Assembly: GCA_017645925.1 (NCBI GenBank)
Contig: JAGCNN010000255.1
Coordinates: forward strand, 1-50,591
Reading direction: 5' to 3'
Length of the DNA: 50,591 bases
Origin: Bacteroidales bacterium
GTDB taxonomy: Bacteria > Bacteroidota > Bacteroidia > Bacteroidales > ML635J-15
In this document: positions 1 through 9,433 of the stretch, in pieces
Position numbering within the stretch: position 1 is the first letter of the stretch
Layout: every line of letters begins with the position of its first letter
The notes under the pieces: model-generated
Told to the model about the DNA's origin: nothing
The model's input: the letters and a program-made list of their open reading frames with translations, nothing else
Database searches by the model: none
Position numbers and translations under genes: made by a program

Positions 1-112
1 CAGCATATTTTGCTCTCTTGAGGTCGCGAGCCAAATCAAGCATATACTGAATCTCTTTTGGTGTGAAGTCCAATAACTTCAGGAAACTTCTGTTTCTTAA
101 ATTAAAAGCCAT
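1..112 (-). CDS. arcB: Ornithine carbamoyltransferase (likely catabolic), N-terminal part; runs off the left edge
   Basis: Manual translation from ATG at 112 gives [37 protein letters not shown], the typical OTCase N-terminus. It lies 30 nt downstream of carbamate kinase on the same strand. Not in the ORF track. Confidence 0.9.
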   Translation of the reverse strand, partial: MAFNLRNRSFLKLLDFTPKEIQYMLDLARDLKRAKYA

Positions 113-142
113 AACTAATTTTATTTAAAGTACTTTAAAAAA

Positions 143-1093
143 TTATTTCACGATTCTTGTTCCAGCATCAGGATTTCCAAGCTGACCAGCTTCGGTTATG
201 ATGCACGATTTTCCACCATTTTCCACGAAGTACAATGCAGCACGAATCTTCGGAGCCATGCTACCTTCAGTGAAATGACCTTCTGCGAGGTATTTCTTTG
301 CTTCTTCGACAGTGATGGTGTCAAGCTGCTTCTCTTCTGGAGTGTGGAAGTTGAGGCAAACCTTCGGAACATCGGTGAGAATGTAAAATTCATCGGCACC
401 AATCTGTATTGCAAGCAGCGACGAAGCCAAGTCCTTGTCGATTACTGCGTCTATTCCGTGGTATTCACCCTTGTCGTTTACATATACTGGGATTCCGCCA
501 CCGCCGACGGTTACAACGATGTTACCTTTTTCGGCAAGATCCTTTACTATGTCCTTGTTGTTGATTTCGATAGGCTTGGGCGATGCCACAACTTTTCTCC
601 ATCCTTTGCCTTTCGGGTCTTTTGCGTAGGAGTCCTGCGGATTCTTTGCCTTCAAAGCGTTCATTTCATCTTCGGTGTAGTAAGGACCGATAGGCTTGGT
701 GGGATTTGCAAAACCCTTGTCGTTCTTGTCAACAACAACCTGGGTTACCAAGGTAACGATGTTCTTGTTAAGCTTGTTGCTTGTGAGTACGTTCTTGAAC
801 TGCTGCTCGATGACGTAACCGATGAATCCCTGCGAATATGCACCGCATACTGCCAATGGCATTTCGGGAAGTCCGTAAACCTTTTCGCCGGCATTGTTCT
901 GCAGAAGGATATTTCCTACCTGCGGTCCATTGCCGTGTCCTATAACTATATTGTAATCACGCTTTACGAGGTCGAGAAGGCTCTCGCAAGTCTTGTAAAC
1001 GTTTGATTCCTGTTCTTCTATCGTGCCTTTCTGTCCTGCTCTAAGCAATGCGTTTCCGCCAAAGGCCACAACTGCCAATTTCTTGTTTGACAT
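143..1093 (-). CDS. arcC: Carbamate kinase
   Basis: Motifs VVAFGGNAL, HGNGPQVG, PTKPIGP, GGGGIPV, AVIDKD, GSMAPK. Start moved from 1153 to ATG 1093 (MSNKKLAVV) because a TAGCTTTG promoter box lies at 1124-1131. Confidence 0.95.
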   Translation of the reverse strand: MSNKKLAVVAFGGNALLRAGQKGTIEEQESNVYKTCESLLDLVKRDYNIVIGHGNGPQVGNILLQNNAGEKVYGLPEMPLAVCGAYSQGFIGYVIEQQFKNVLTSNKLNKNIVTLVTQVVVDKNDKGFANPTKPIGPYYTEDEMNALKAKNPQDSYAKDPKGKGWRKVVASPKPIEINNKDIVKDLAEKGNIVVTVGGGGIPVYVNDKGEYHGIDAVIDKDLASSLLAIQIGADEFYILTDVPKVCLNFHTPEEKQLDTITVEEAKKYLAEGHFTEGSMAPKIRAALYFVENGGKSCIITEAGQLGNPDAGTRIVK

Positions 1094-1123
1094 AATGTTT
1101 CTATCTTTTAAAATTTGAAACTG

Positions 1124-1131
1124 CAAAGCTA
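1124..1131 (-). promoter_or_regulatory. Bacteroidota sigma-A -7 element (TAGCTTTG) for arcC-arcB
   Basis: Matches TAnnTTTG about 30 nt upstream of the arcC start. A second match, TAGATTTG, is at 1184-1191. Confidence 0.55.
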
Positions 1132-1212
1132 TACTTTTTTTGCTAATCCTCAATAGTGTTTTTTAGCATGATTTTTTGATGTGCAAATCTAATATTATTT
1201 CACAGGATTTAT

Positions 1213-1220
1213 TATCTTTG
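1213..1220 (+). promoter_or_regulatory. -7 element (TATCTTTG) for the lipoprotein gene at 1246
   Basis: TAnnTTTG match 25 nt upstream of the ATG in an AT-rich divergent intergenic region. Confidence 0.55.
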
Positions 1221-1245
1221 TGCTCGATAAATAGCAATATACAAA

Positions 1246-1713
1246 ATGGAAAAGTACTTGATTGTAAGTATCATTGCAGCAATGTTTGCAATAACAGGAT
1301 GCCAAAAGGAAGGTTGTACAGATTCAAAAGCCTTGAACTATGATTCCGAAGCGAAAAAGGATAATGGCACATGTGTATATCATCTTCCCGAACCCGACCC
1401 TCGCGACCAGTATCTTGGAAATTATCTTGTAACAGATAGCACTTTTATGATGGGGGATTTTTATGAGGTCAAAACATATACTTTGCAAGTAACGACAGGC
1501 ACATCGAACAGTGACACGATATTCCTTAACAATTTATGGAACAGGGGGAGTTCTTTCGTAGCAATAATGTCTGGAAGCAATTTTTCAATTCCATCTCAGC
1601 AAGTGGACGGCCCTTATTATGCTGACGGAAATGGCAAATTTGAAGAGAACACTATTGTTTTTACAACGTTAGGCGATGTTTACATGAATAAGGGAATTGG
1701 CGCAAAGCAGTAA
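1246..1713 (+). CDS. Lipoprotein of unknown function with a GCTD-x-A-x-NY-x-A-x-DNGTC Cys motif
   Basis: Hydrophobic signal ending in lipobox ITGC, followed by a Cys-pair motif and a beta-rich domain. Confidence 0.75.
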   Translation: MEKYLIVSIIAAMFAITGCQKEGCTDSKALNYDSEAKKDNGTCVYHLPEPDPRDQYLGNYLVTDSTFMMGDFYEVKTYTLQVTTGTSNSDTIFLNNLWNRGSSFVAIMSGSNFSIPSQQVDGPYYADGNGKFEENTIVFTTLGDVYMNKGIGAKQ

Positions 1714-1825
1714 GAAGATTTTACGTTTTTTCGCCGTAATCACCACTTCATTCTCTGCACGTTCAACATTTATCTCCCACTGGCAAGCATTGATTTCCAT
1801 TTGTTCAAGATGCAAGTCTCCTACC

Positions 1826-2563
1826 CTATTCCACATCGGGGAGAATACGACCATTGAAACCTTTAAGTTCTCGGTCATACTGGTCTTTCTTACCTCCCGA
1901 CAACTTTTCAAGGAGAGCATGAAATTTTGGTCCATGATTCTTTTCTGCTATATGGCAAAGCTCGTGAAGTATCACAAAATCAGCAAGATAATCAGGTAAC
2001 AGCAACAAACGACATGAGAGAATAATTTCATCATGCGAACTGCAGGTTCCCCAACGAGTAAGAGCCGTGCCAATTGAAACTTTGCGAAATTTCAGTCCTG
2101 TCCTTTGCGAAATCTCATCAACCCGAGGATATAGGATTGACTCTGCTTCCTTTCGCATTGAGGCGAGCAACACCTTCTTTATGAAATTTTGTACCGTATC
2201 AAGCTTAAAATCAACAAGGTCGGGATTATATGTAACAGTCACCGCGTAGTCTTTGATTTTTGCCGAAAGAATGCGTTTTTGAGAATCAGTTGTTTCGTAG
2301 CTAAGCGTAGTACTGCGACACGTAAAATGCGACTGTGGAGTAAATATTCGCGTTGTCCCCTTCTGTTGCTGTGCCTGCAGGGTTTTGTATATCCAGTCGC
2401 GATGTTCAAAAATAAACCTTTCAGCGTCAGCATAACTGACCCTGAAAGGTATTGACATTTGCAAGCCCTTTTCGGGATGTACGGTCAAACGAATCTGCAC
2501 GCAATTGTGTCGCTTTGACACAACAACATTGCCTACACCTTCAACACTTATTATCCGCTGCAT
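1826..2563 (-). CDS. YgjP-like (DUF45/M48-type) zinc metallohydrolase
   Basis: RWGTCS...LLLLPDYLADFVILHELCH...NHGPKFH: HExxH plus downstream NH motif typical of the family. Confidence 0.85.
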   Translation of the reverse strand: MQRIISVEGVGNVVVSKRHNCVQIRLTVHPEKGLQMSIPFRVSYADAERFIFEHRDWIYKTLQAQQQKGTTRIFTPQSHFTCRSTTLSYETTDSQKRILSAKIKDYAVTVTYNPDLVDFKLDTVQNFIKKVLLASMRKEAESILYPRVDEISQRTGLKFRKVSIGTALTRWGTCSSHDEIILSCRLLLLPDYLADFVILHELCHIAEKNHGPKFHALLEKLSGGKKDQYDRELKGFNGRILPDVE

Positions 2564-2850
2564 TACTTGCGCGGCAACTTGCTTAATCTTTCGTAGCCTT
2601 CGTTGATGGTTGTAAGCATTTCGGAAATATAACCCTTGTAGTTTTCCTTTACTGCTTTCTTCTCCATCTTCGAGGTTGGAGTGTTAATCTTTGAAAATAC
2701 TTCCTGCTTCTTAAGCAAAACACCATTGATGATTTCAGTAACAGGCTCTGTCGGCTGTGCCGGATACAAGTCAACATACAATACGCAATCCGACAAAAGT
2801 TCGCTTGTCATGTAATCAATGTCTCTCTTTAATACTTTTCTACTTGCCAT
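2563..2850 (-). CDS. Small helical hypothetical protein (95 aa)
   Basis: Start at ATG 2850 (MASRKVLKRDIDY), with a TATTTTTG box at 2868-2875. Its stop overlaps the next start (TAATG). Confidence 0.75.
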   Translation of the reverse strand: MASRKVLKRDIDYMTSELLSDCVLYVDLYPAQPTEPVTEIINGVLLKKQEVFSKINTPTSKMEKKAVKENYKGYISEMLTTINEGYERLSKLPRK

Positions 2851-2964
2851 AGCTTTAAAATTTTTTGCAAAAATAAATAAAAATACATCATCAATTCTTT
2901 CAAAAAATAAAAACTTTTCAACGCCCAACATTTATTTTTTCTACGAGAAAATATCATAACGAAC

Positions 2965-2989
2965 AAAAAAAAAGGCATCCGAAGATGCC
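2965..2989 (-). terminator. Rho-independent terminator after the deoxynucleoside kinase gene
   Basis: On the minus strand: GGCATC-TTCG-GATGCC followed by a 9-T run. Confidence 0.85.
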
Positions 2990-3012
2990 GTATTATTTGA
3001 ATGTATGTTTTC

Positions 3013-3627
3013 TTAGAAAAGTCCGTGCAGTTCTGCATCAATCTTGTCGATTACTGTGCTAAGGTCTTCGGGCTTGTTAGCAAAGTCGATGTTGTCAACG
3101 TCAATAATCAGGAACTTGCCGCTGTCGTATTCCGATGCCCATGCTTCGTAGCGTTCGTTGAGGCGTGTAAGGTAGTCGATGCGGATTGAAGATTCGTACT
3201 TCCTGCCGCGCTGCTGTATCTGACGGACAAGCGTTGGCACACTAGCACGCAAGTATATAAGCAAATCGGGAGCTTGAACCACCGAAGTCATTAGCTTGAA
3301 AAGGCTAAAATAATTGTCGAAGTCGCGCGACGACATAAGTCCCATCGAATGTAGATTGGGTGCAAATATGTAGGCATCCTCGTATATGGTTCTATCCTGA
3401 ATAATGGTTTTATCCGACTTGCGAATCTCAAGAATCTGGTTGAAGCGGCTGTTCAAGAAATAAATCTGTAGGTTAAACGACCAGCGCTGCATGTCCTCAT
3501 AAAAGTCGTTAAGATAAGGATTGTAGTCAACATCCTCGTAATTCGGAGTCCATCCGTAATGCTTTGCCAGCAATTTTGTAAGAGTAGTCTTGCCGGCTCC
3601 AATATTTCCTGCTACTGCTATATGCAT
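3013..3627 (-). CDS. Deoxynucleoside kinase (dNK family)
   Basis: P-loop GNIGAGKTT, then FNLQIYFL, QDRTIYED, PDLLIYL, RGRKYE. Confidence 0.93.
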   Translation of the reverse strand: MHIAVAGNIGAGKTTLTKLLAKHYGWTPNYEDVDYNPYLNDFYEDMQRWSFNLQIYFLNSRFNQILEIRKSDKTIIQDRTIYEDAYIFAPNLHSMGLMSSRDFDNYFSLFKLMTSVVQAPDLLIYLRASVPTLVRQIQQRGRKYESSIRIDYLTRLNERYEAWASEYDSGKFLIIDVDNIDFANKPEDLSTVIDKIDAELHGLF

Positions 3628-3688
3628 ACCTCTAAAATTTTGCGGTGCTAAATTATAGATTTTTTTGCAAATTTTTGCAAATTATCGT

Positions 3689-4486
3689 TTATTTTTCCAT
3701 CTGCAATTTAACGCAGTCCAAATTATTGTCTATGAGCAAATAAAGAAGGTCGTGCCTAATACGGAACTTGCTGACTTTTTTGCCGTCAGCCGGAATCGGA
3801 ATAGACTTGTCAATGGCAACATCGTATGCAACAATCTCCCCATTGCAACTGTAGTACAGAATATCGTTGTCAATACAAAAATCGGCACATTCGCCATTGG
3901 TTTCAAGTGCACGATAGAAATTACCGAACTTGTCAAGTACCAACACTTTACCATCATCGGTAATCAGGAAAAGATAGTTTATCGACTCGCGCATTGCCAC
4001 CACGTCGGCATCGCCTATCTTGTCGTAGATGTTGGTTCCCTGCTGCGACACTTCAAGGTTTGCATTCACTCTTCTAACGCATGAATTTTGCGCATCAAAC
4101 ACCCAGAAGCCACCAAACGAAGAAGAACATACCACCTTTATATTATATAGACCTGCATCGTCAAGCATAACAGGGCTTAAAAGTTCGGCAAGTTTGCTGT
4201 CAAGATAGATAAGTTTGTTGAATTCGGAATAAAACACGATTACCTTGAAGGGATTGGAAACATCAAGAGACGACATGCTACCTGCCGGATAATTGTCGTA
4301 GGAGCAAAGAAAGTTCATTTCGGCATCGTACTTGGCTACCACGTTGTCCTTCATTAAATAAATGTTTCCAAGCCTATCCACCTCTATCGCACTTGCGTCA
4401 ACGGTCTTGCTCCATGGCACAAAGTCTTGCGCGCCTGCAAAACAGAACATCAACAGCATAACCGATGCAGCAACGAGTTTCTTCAT
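3689..4486 (-). CDS. Secreted hypothetical protein, probably a beta-propeller; last gene of the porV-like/porU-like operon
   Basis: SPI-type signal peptide and repeated short beta-strand blades (VDRLGNIY, LDKFGNF). Only 3 nt separate it from the upstream gene. Confidence 0.7.
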   Translation of the reverse strand: MKKLVAASVMLLMFCFAGAQDFVPWSKTVDASAIEVDRLGNIYLMKDNVVAKYDAEMNFLCSYDNYPAGSMSSLDVSNPFKVIVFYSEFNKLIYLDSKLAELLSPVMLDDAGLYNIKVVCSSSFGGFWVFDAQNSCVRRVNANLEVSQQGTNIYDKIGDADVVAMRESINYLFLITDDGKVLVLDKFGNFYRALETNGECADFCIDNDILYYSCNGEIVAYDVAIDKSIPIPADGKKVSKFRIRHDLLYLLIDNNLDCVKLQMEK

Positions 4487-4489
4487 GGC

Positions 4490-7400
4490 TTATCTTAATA
4501 TGTACATCTTTCCTATTTCGCGCTTAAAATACTTGTCGGTGCCAACATCGCGCTTTTCGATTTCCTCTCCGTTTATCTTGGCCTTCACGGTATAAAAATA
4601 TACACCATTTGCTAGGCGGTCGCCGTATGTGTCGCAACCATCCCAAGCATACTCGGTAATGTTCCTGCCTATGAAAATAGGTCCAAGCTCTTCAAGGTAT
4701 ATCCGTTTGACAACCTTTCCAGTTACTGTAAAAATCTCTATTTCAAGTTCATCGGGAATTTCACTGCCAGTAAGTTCAAATACAAACCTTGTCTGCGAAC
4801 TGAATGGATTAGGATAGTTGAGCAAATTTGTAATTGTAGAACGTGTTATTATATTGAAATCAATGACATAGCAGTTGTCTCCCGAAATGTTTCCAGCAGC
4901 ATCTTTTGCCTGCACCTGCAACCGGTACGTTCCGTCAACGGTAAACACAGGCTTATATATTATCTTGCAGCTGTTGTCGGGCAATTCGGCAGGAACCCAT
5001 TCTATTGACTCCAATGGATTTTCCTGTATTCCAAAATTTATTCGCTTCGCCTGCCCTGCGGTCAAGTTTGTAAGGTGCATTTCGAACAGAGAAGTATCGT
5101 TAAGTGCAAGATATTTGTTTTCATCCTTAAGCGTAATAAGAATTTCGGGTTTTGCCGACACTATCTCACCATTCATTATGTACTTTCCATCGAAACTGAC
5201 TTCAAGCAGAGGATTTGTATTGTCGTTGGTTATGTAAAAATATTTTGCTGCAATGTTGTTGTAGTGGTACTGCTCTGGCTGGTAATAGGTACCTATTGCC
5301 TCGTTTATCGGATTAAATTCAACCCAAATGCTATTCATTCCCGAAAGTTCGAGCGTAGAATAACGTATAGTGTCGGTTATGATGTCGTTTGCAGGATGTG
5401 GACGAAGCGTGCGCACATCTATCACGGTTTCGTTGTTGTGGCTGTCGCGAATCCAATATTTCACCACGAGGCTGTCCATGTCGTAGTTGCTGACGTTTCG
5501 TGTAGCAATGGAGAATACTAGTTCGTCGCCGCGCTCTATTGTGTCCGAATTGAAGAAATATCCCAGCTTTGGATCAATTGCTGTTTCGGGAACACCGTCA
5601 AACCGCAGTTGCCATTTCTTTAGTTGCGGTGGCGTATGACTAAGCGTGTCGCGTGTAAAGAGGTTCAATCGCAAGTTTGGATATGTGCGGTAGTCAATAA
5701 GGTTGCCTAATGCTGATAGCAAAAGGTCGTTAGCACCAAGACTGTCAATTACGAGTTCTTCTTCACCAGACGGGCGGATACCATAAACTTCGAGCTTTAT
5801 TTCATCGCCCTCCTCGCTCTCGTGCTCCCATTGCAACGAACGCCAACGCTTCGATGGACCAACTACAGTGCTTGTCATGTAGCCGTAATTTAGGTCGGTT
5901 ACAAGGTTCAGCGGATCCATATCAATATCATCACCATAAACTTCCCTATATATCGACGGGTCGCCCTTGCGTGTACAGAAAATGTATGCCTTGTTGTTTG
6001 GAACTGAACGAATCTGCATTGCACCAAGGTTTTCCATACTTTGCTTTAGGCTTTCGGGCAAAGACGTGAAAGCAACTGTTCGCCACGAATATATGAGTAT
6101 GTAGTAGCCATCGGGAACATCGTTGAGCAAATTGACCATACCATTGAGGGCATTTGTGTTAATGTCGAATGTGAAATAAGGAGATGGTCCTGATGCCGAG
6201 AAGCAGTGCGGGTAGTTACGTTGTCCGTAGTTGTGTATATTCGACAACCATGCCTGCAAGGTCAAAGGATTGATTACTGCGACAACCATTGCCGAACCTG
6301 TATTGCAATTGCTGTATGCTCCTGTATATAAGCCAACTGTATTGTCTATTGACCAACGGACAACATAAAATGTACTTGTGCCTACACTTGCCCTGTTGTG
6401 GCAGTTGAGCTGCCTATAGCCTTGCGAATATGTGAAAGTCTGTGAGCTTCTGTTGTACTCAATAAGATTAAACTTGTCCTTTTTGAACTGGTAGTAATGA
6501 GCCTGAGACCAACCTTCCTCGCCTTCAATGTATATGAATGAAGATTCCTTCCAAGCATATTCACTGTTTTCCGATTCGGCAGCAACCCTCCAGTAGTAAA
6601 CCATATTTTCAGCAAGCTGCAACGGAACTTTCCAGCTTACTATGCCACCTTCGCTGTTGACAATGGTTTCACGCATATACGGACTGTTGAACGCATCTGT
6701 AGTATCAATCTGGAAACGGTATCTGGCACTTGCAAGGAACGAATCACCAGTGGAAGCAACAAGCGACACGGTATCGTACGGATATATGGCATACTCGTAT
6801 GGATAAATCGGGAAAATATCGCTTGACTTTATGATAAATTCCATTGTCGCATAATTATTAGTTTCCGAAACCTCGTCAATTTCATTCATTCCATCAACAT
6901 ACACACGGATGCTGTTCATGCCTGTTCCGTCGATAATGTTAGTTGGAATCCTAATGCACGTAGTCCTGCGGTACATACATCCATCAACAATGGTTTCGTA
7001 GTGCGACTCGCTGCCATCGGGAAGGGTACGCTCAACAAACAACTGGAAATTACTCAGCACTGCCCTGCCGAAATTCTTAATGTCAACCACAACGTCAAAA
7101 CTGTCCTGCACGGTAGTAATTTCTCTTGGCGACAAACTTATTGACGAATTGTCAATCATCAAGTCAGGCTTAGGTTGCGGACCAATTACAATTGCAGGGT
7201 CTCCATGCAAGGTTATCTGATAGCTTGTAACTTCGGTATTTGTACTCCAATTATCAGTAAGGACATTCTTCAGCGTATTTTTTATCTGTATTCCTATTGG
7301 TCTGCTGTATTTTTTGTAAGCAAAGTTTTTGTAAAGTTCGTCTGTATATACGTGCAGGTAGCTTGTGTTACCCATATCCATCGACGACATAAAGCCAATT

Positions 7401-9430
7401 GCACCCTTCTGCGATTTTATCCATATATCGCTCAGAGTATTGCTGGTGGAATGTATTGCTCCTACATAGCACGAATTTCCAATCATAAACGGGAATTTGC
7501 CGTTGCTGTTGTAAAATTCGGGGCTTTCTATTTCGTGGTCGAAGGTAATTGAGGAGCCGTGTCCGAAAAATGTCATCAAGGCAACTCCTGAATTTATGAG
7601 GTTGTTTATTGAATCGGTGTTTGTGGTTGTAACCGCCGCAGACGAATTTTTAAGAAAAGTATGCACATTACCACCAAAAAGCGTATCCTCAATAATATCC
7701 TTGTACGAATTAAGATAACCTTCGATACGACTTTGTTCCGACGCATTGTTTCCTCCACCAAAATGCATCACTTCTTTGTTCCAAAGCCCTGGCTCTGCCG
7801 ATTCAAATATTCTAACCTTGTTCAAATATGTTGTCAATTGCGAAGCCGATGTTATGGCAAGACGACCAGTTGCAAACAAAGGTTCTACTGTCGTCCCTCC
7901 TATTCCCACAGTAAAAAGCTGATCGCTAGCCGGTTGCCCTGCCGAAGGTACGGTTGTATATGCTGCATTAGAGGCATTGCCACGGAACTGGCTTGCTTCA
8001 AGAGAACGTCCAACCAAGAACAAATACTTTTCAGAAGGAGAAGCATTATACACTGCCAAACAGAACCTGCGTATTGCTGCCGGATTACGGTTTACGCCGT
8101 ATGCATATTGGTCGTAAAGCTGCGACACGTCAGCAACCAAAGCCTTATATCCCTGCGAATTCCTATATGTTGCATATTCGTTGCAAACACTTAGGTATTT
8201 ACTATGTGTAACTATCAGATAGTCGGCATTTGGTACCAACGAGAGATAGTTTATGAACTTGTTGTCGGCAGAAATTCTCTTTATGGCAGCTACCGACTGG
8301 TATCCATCGGACCCTACAAGAATCATCTGCCTTTCGCCATTAGTATTTCCAACAAGAGCCTTTATTGTACTTCCAATGGTAGGAACTATGCGCTCATGAT
8401 TGGTCAGGTCGTACAATATTGCGCCATCACCAAATGCGAAATTGCTTATTTCCAGATAATCCCTTGTATCTAAGCTATTGGCTGGAAGTTGGAATCCAAA
8501 TGCAGTTGCATTCTCGAAATTCCAATTATGAGGATAAACTATGTCTATGTATGACAATGCATTCTTGTCATTATCGCCTCCATCGGCAACAAACCTTATT
8601 GAGGTGGAAGCCGAAATTGTAGAACTAGGCACAATAATCTTCTTGCGAATAAACTCATATCCATTATATGTAGTATCAATTAACGTCTGCCTACCCATTA
8701 CCGCTGTAAGATGATGTAAGGCATTATAATACACCGCATTGCTTGTATTTGTTCCACCTACGGCCATTTCTATTTCCGTATCTGGACCATTGGAATATAC
8801 ACCTGCAGTTGCAATAGTTTTTGTTACCCCCGACGATGATATTTCCGTCGCATCCATCCACCCTTCCGACTGGGTAAACAGACTTCGCGTATTACCCGAA
8901 TAGTACTTTCCTGCATAGTTTGCCCGCTTGTGCCTTATGCAATAGTTCTGACGGTTTGCAATGTGGTCGTCAAAATCAGTCTCTGCCGATTCGCTCATTC
9001 GTAGATGTCCTCCGCCAAAATTCCAAGTCAAGAAATATGCTGAGGTATCATTGAAAAAGCTCAGTTCCGGATTTATCATGTTTTCGGGCGAATCGTAGAA
9101 GTCGTATTCGTCGGTGCCTCGGTTTTTCTTTGCATAGAACTCTATATACCCATTGCTGCCCATTGTGCCGTCGCTGTTTAACCCACTTACGTGGATATAT
9201 TGTTCCTCGCCATGATGGAAAATCTGCAACTGATTGGCATTAATAAGGTTTATTGGCACATCGGCTGAAATAAGTTCATTAGCATAAACCCTGTACATAC
9301 CATCCTTTACAATCTGAATCTTGAAGTACTGCTGGTTATAGTTTATCCAAGAATTTTCCTGCGCAAAAACGCCTGAACACACAAAAAATGCAATCAGTAA
9401 AAAAGATATGTATTTAAGACAAAGGTTCAT
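4490..9430 (-). CDS. Peptidase C25 family, PorU-like (PorU2-type) T9SS sortase paralogue with CARDB-like and C-terminal FlgD/CTD-like domains
   Basis: N-terminal FKIQIVKDGMYRV; C25 core with FFGHG and IGNSCYVG dyad, plus LHGDPA. CARDB-like VDGMNEIDEVSETNN. C-terminus NYPNPFS...WDGCDTYGDRLANGVYFY. Adjacent to a PorV-like gene. Confidence 0.85.
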   Translation of the reverse strand: MNLCLKYISFLLIAFFVCSGVFAQENSWINYNQQYFKIQIVKDGMYRVYANELISADVPINLINANQLQIFHHGEEQYIHVSGLNSDGTMGSNGYIEFYAKKNRGTDEYDFYDSPENMINPELSFFNDTSAYFLTWNFGGGHLRMSESAETDFDDHIANRQNYCIRHKRANYAGKYYSGNTRSLFTQSEGWMDATEISSSGVTKTIATAGVYSNGPDTEIEMAVGGTNTSNAVYYNALHHLTAVMGRQTLIDTTYNGYEFIRKKIIVPSSTISASTSIRFVADGGDNDKNALSYIDIVYPHNWNFENATAFGFQLPANSLDTRDYLEISNFAFGDGAILYDLTNHERIVPTIGSTIKALVGNTNGERQMILVGSDGYQSVAAIKRISADNKFINYLSLVPNADYLIVTHSKYLSVCNEYATYRNSQGYKALVADVSQLYDQYAYGVNRNPAAIRRFCLAVYNASPSEKYLFLVGRSLEASQFRGNASNAAYTTVPSAGQPASDQLFTVGIGGTTVEPLFATGRLAITSASQLTTYLNKVRIFESAEPGLWNKEVMHFGGGNNASEQSRIEGYLNSYKDIIEDTLFGGNVHTFLKNSSAAVTTTNTDSINNLINSGVALMTFFGHGSSITFDHEIESPEFYNSNGKFPFMIGNSCYVGAIHSTSNTLSDIWIKSQKGAIGFMSSMDMGNTSYLHVYTDELYKNFAYKKYSRPIGIQIKNTLKNVLTDNWSTNTEVTSYQITLHGDPAIVIGPQPKPDLMIDNSSISLSPREITTVQDSFDVVVDIKNFGRAVLSNFQLFVERTLPDGSESHYETIVDGCMYRRTTCIRIPTNIIDGTGMNSIRVYVDGMNEIDEVSETNNYATMEFIIKSSDIFPIYPYEYAIYPYDTVSLVASTGDSFLASARYRFQIDTTDAFNSPYMRETIVNSEGGIVSWKVPLQLAENMVYYWRVAAESENSEYAWKESSFIYIEGEEGWSQAHYYQFKKDKFNLIEYNRSSQTFTYSQGYRQLNCHNRASVGTSTFYVVRWSIDNTVGLYTGAYSNCNTGSAMVVAVINPLTLQAWLSNIHNYGQRNYPHCFSASGPSPYFTFDINTNALNGMVNLLNDVPDGYYILIYSWRTVAFTSLPESLKQSMENLGAMQIRSVPNNKAYIFCTRKGDPSIYREVYGDDIDMDPLNLVTDLNYGYMTSTVVGPSKRWRSLQWEHESEEGDEIKLEVYGIRPSGEEELVIDSLGANDLLLSALGNLIDYRTYPNLRLNLFTRDTLSHTPPQLKKWQLRFDGVPETAIDPKLGYFFNSDTIERGDELVFSIATRNVSNYDMDSLVVKYWIRDSHNNETVIDVRTLRPHPANDIITDTIRYSTLELSGMNSIWVEFNPINEAIGTYYQPEQYHYNNIAAKYFYITNDNTNPLLEVSFDGKYIMNGEIVSAKPEILITLKDENKYLALNDTSLFEMHLTNLTAGQAKRINFGIQENPLESIEWVPAELPDNSCKIIYKPVFTVDGTYRLQVQAKDAAGNISGDNCYVIDFNIITRSTITNLLNYPNPFSSQTRFVFELTGSEIPDELEIEIFTVTGKVVKRIYLEELGPIFIGRNITEYAWDGCDTYGDRLANGVYFYTVKAKINGEEIEKRDVGTDKYFKREIGKMYILR

Positions 9431-9433
9431 TTC

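Noticed and set aside
275-1006. 243-aa plus-strand ORF, and many similar antisense ORFs (e.g. 10402-11160, 21836-22477, 41358-43805)
   Set aside because: They are shadows of well-supported genes on the opposite strand or in another frame, with no domain motifs.
1669-1800. Possible 43-aa minus-strand ORF (MEINACQWEINVERAENEVVITAKKRK...) or gene remnant
   Set aside because: It overlaps the 3' end of the convergent lipoprotein gene and has no recognisable motif, so it cannot be distinguished from chance.
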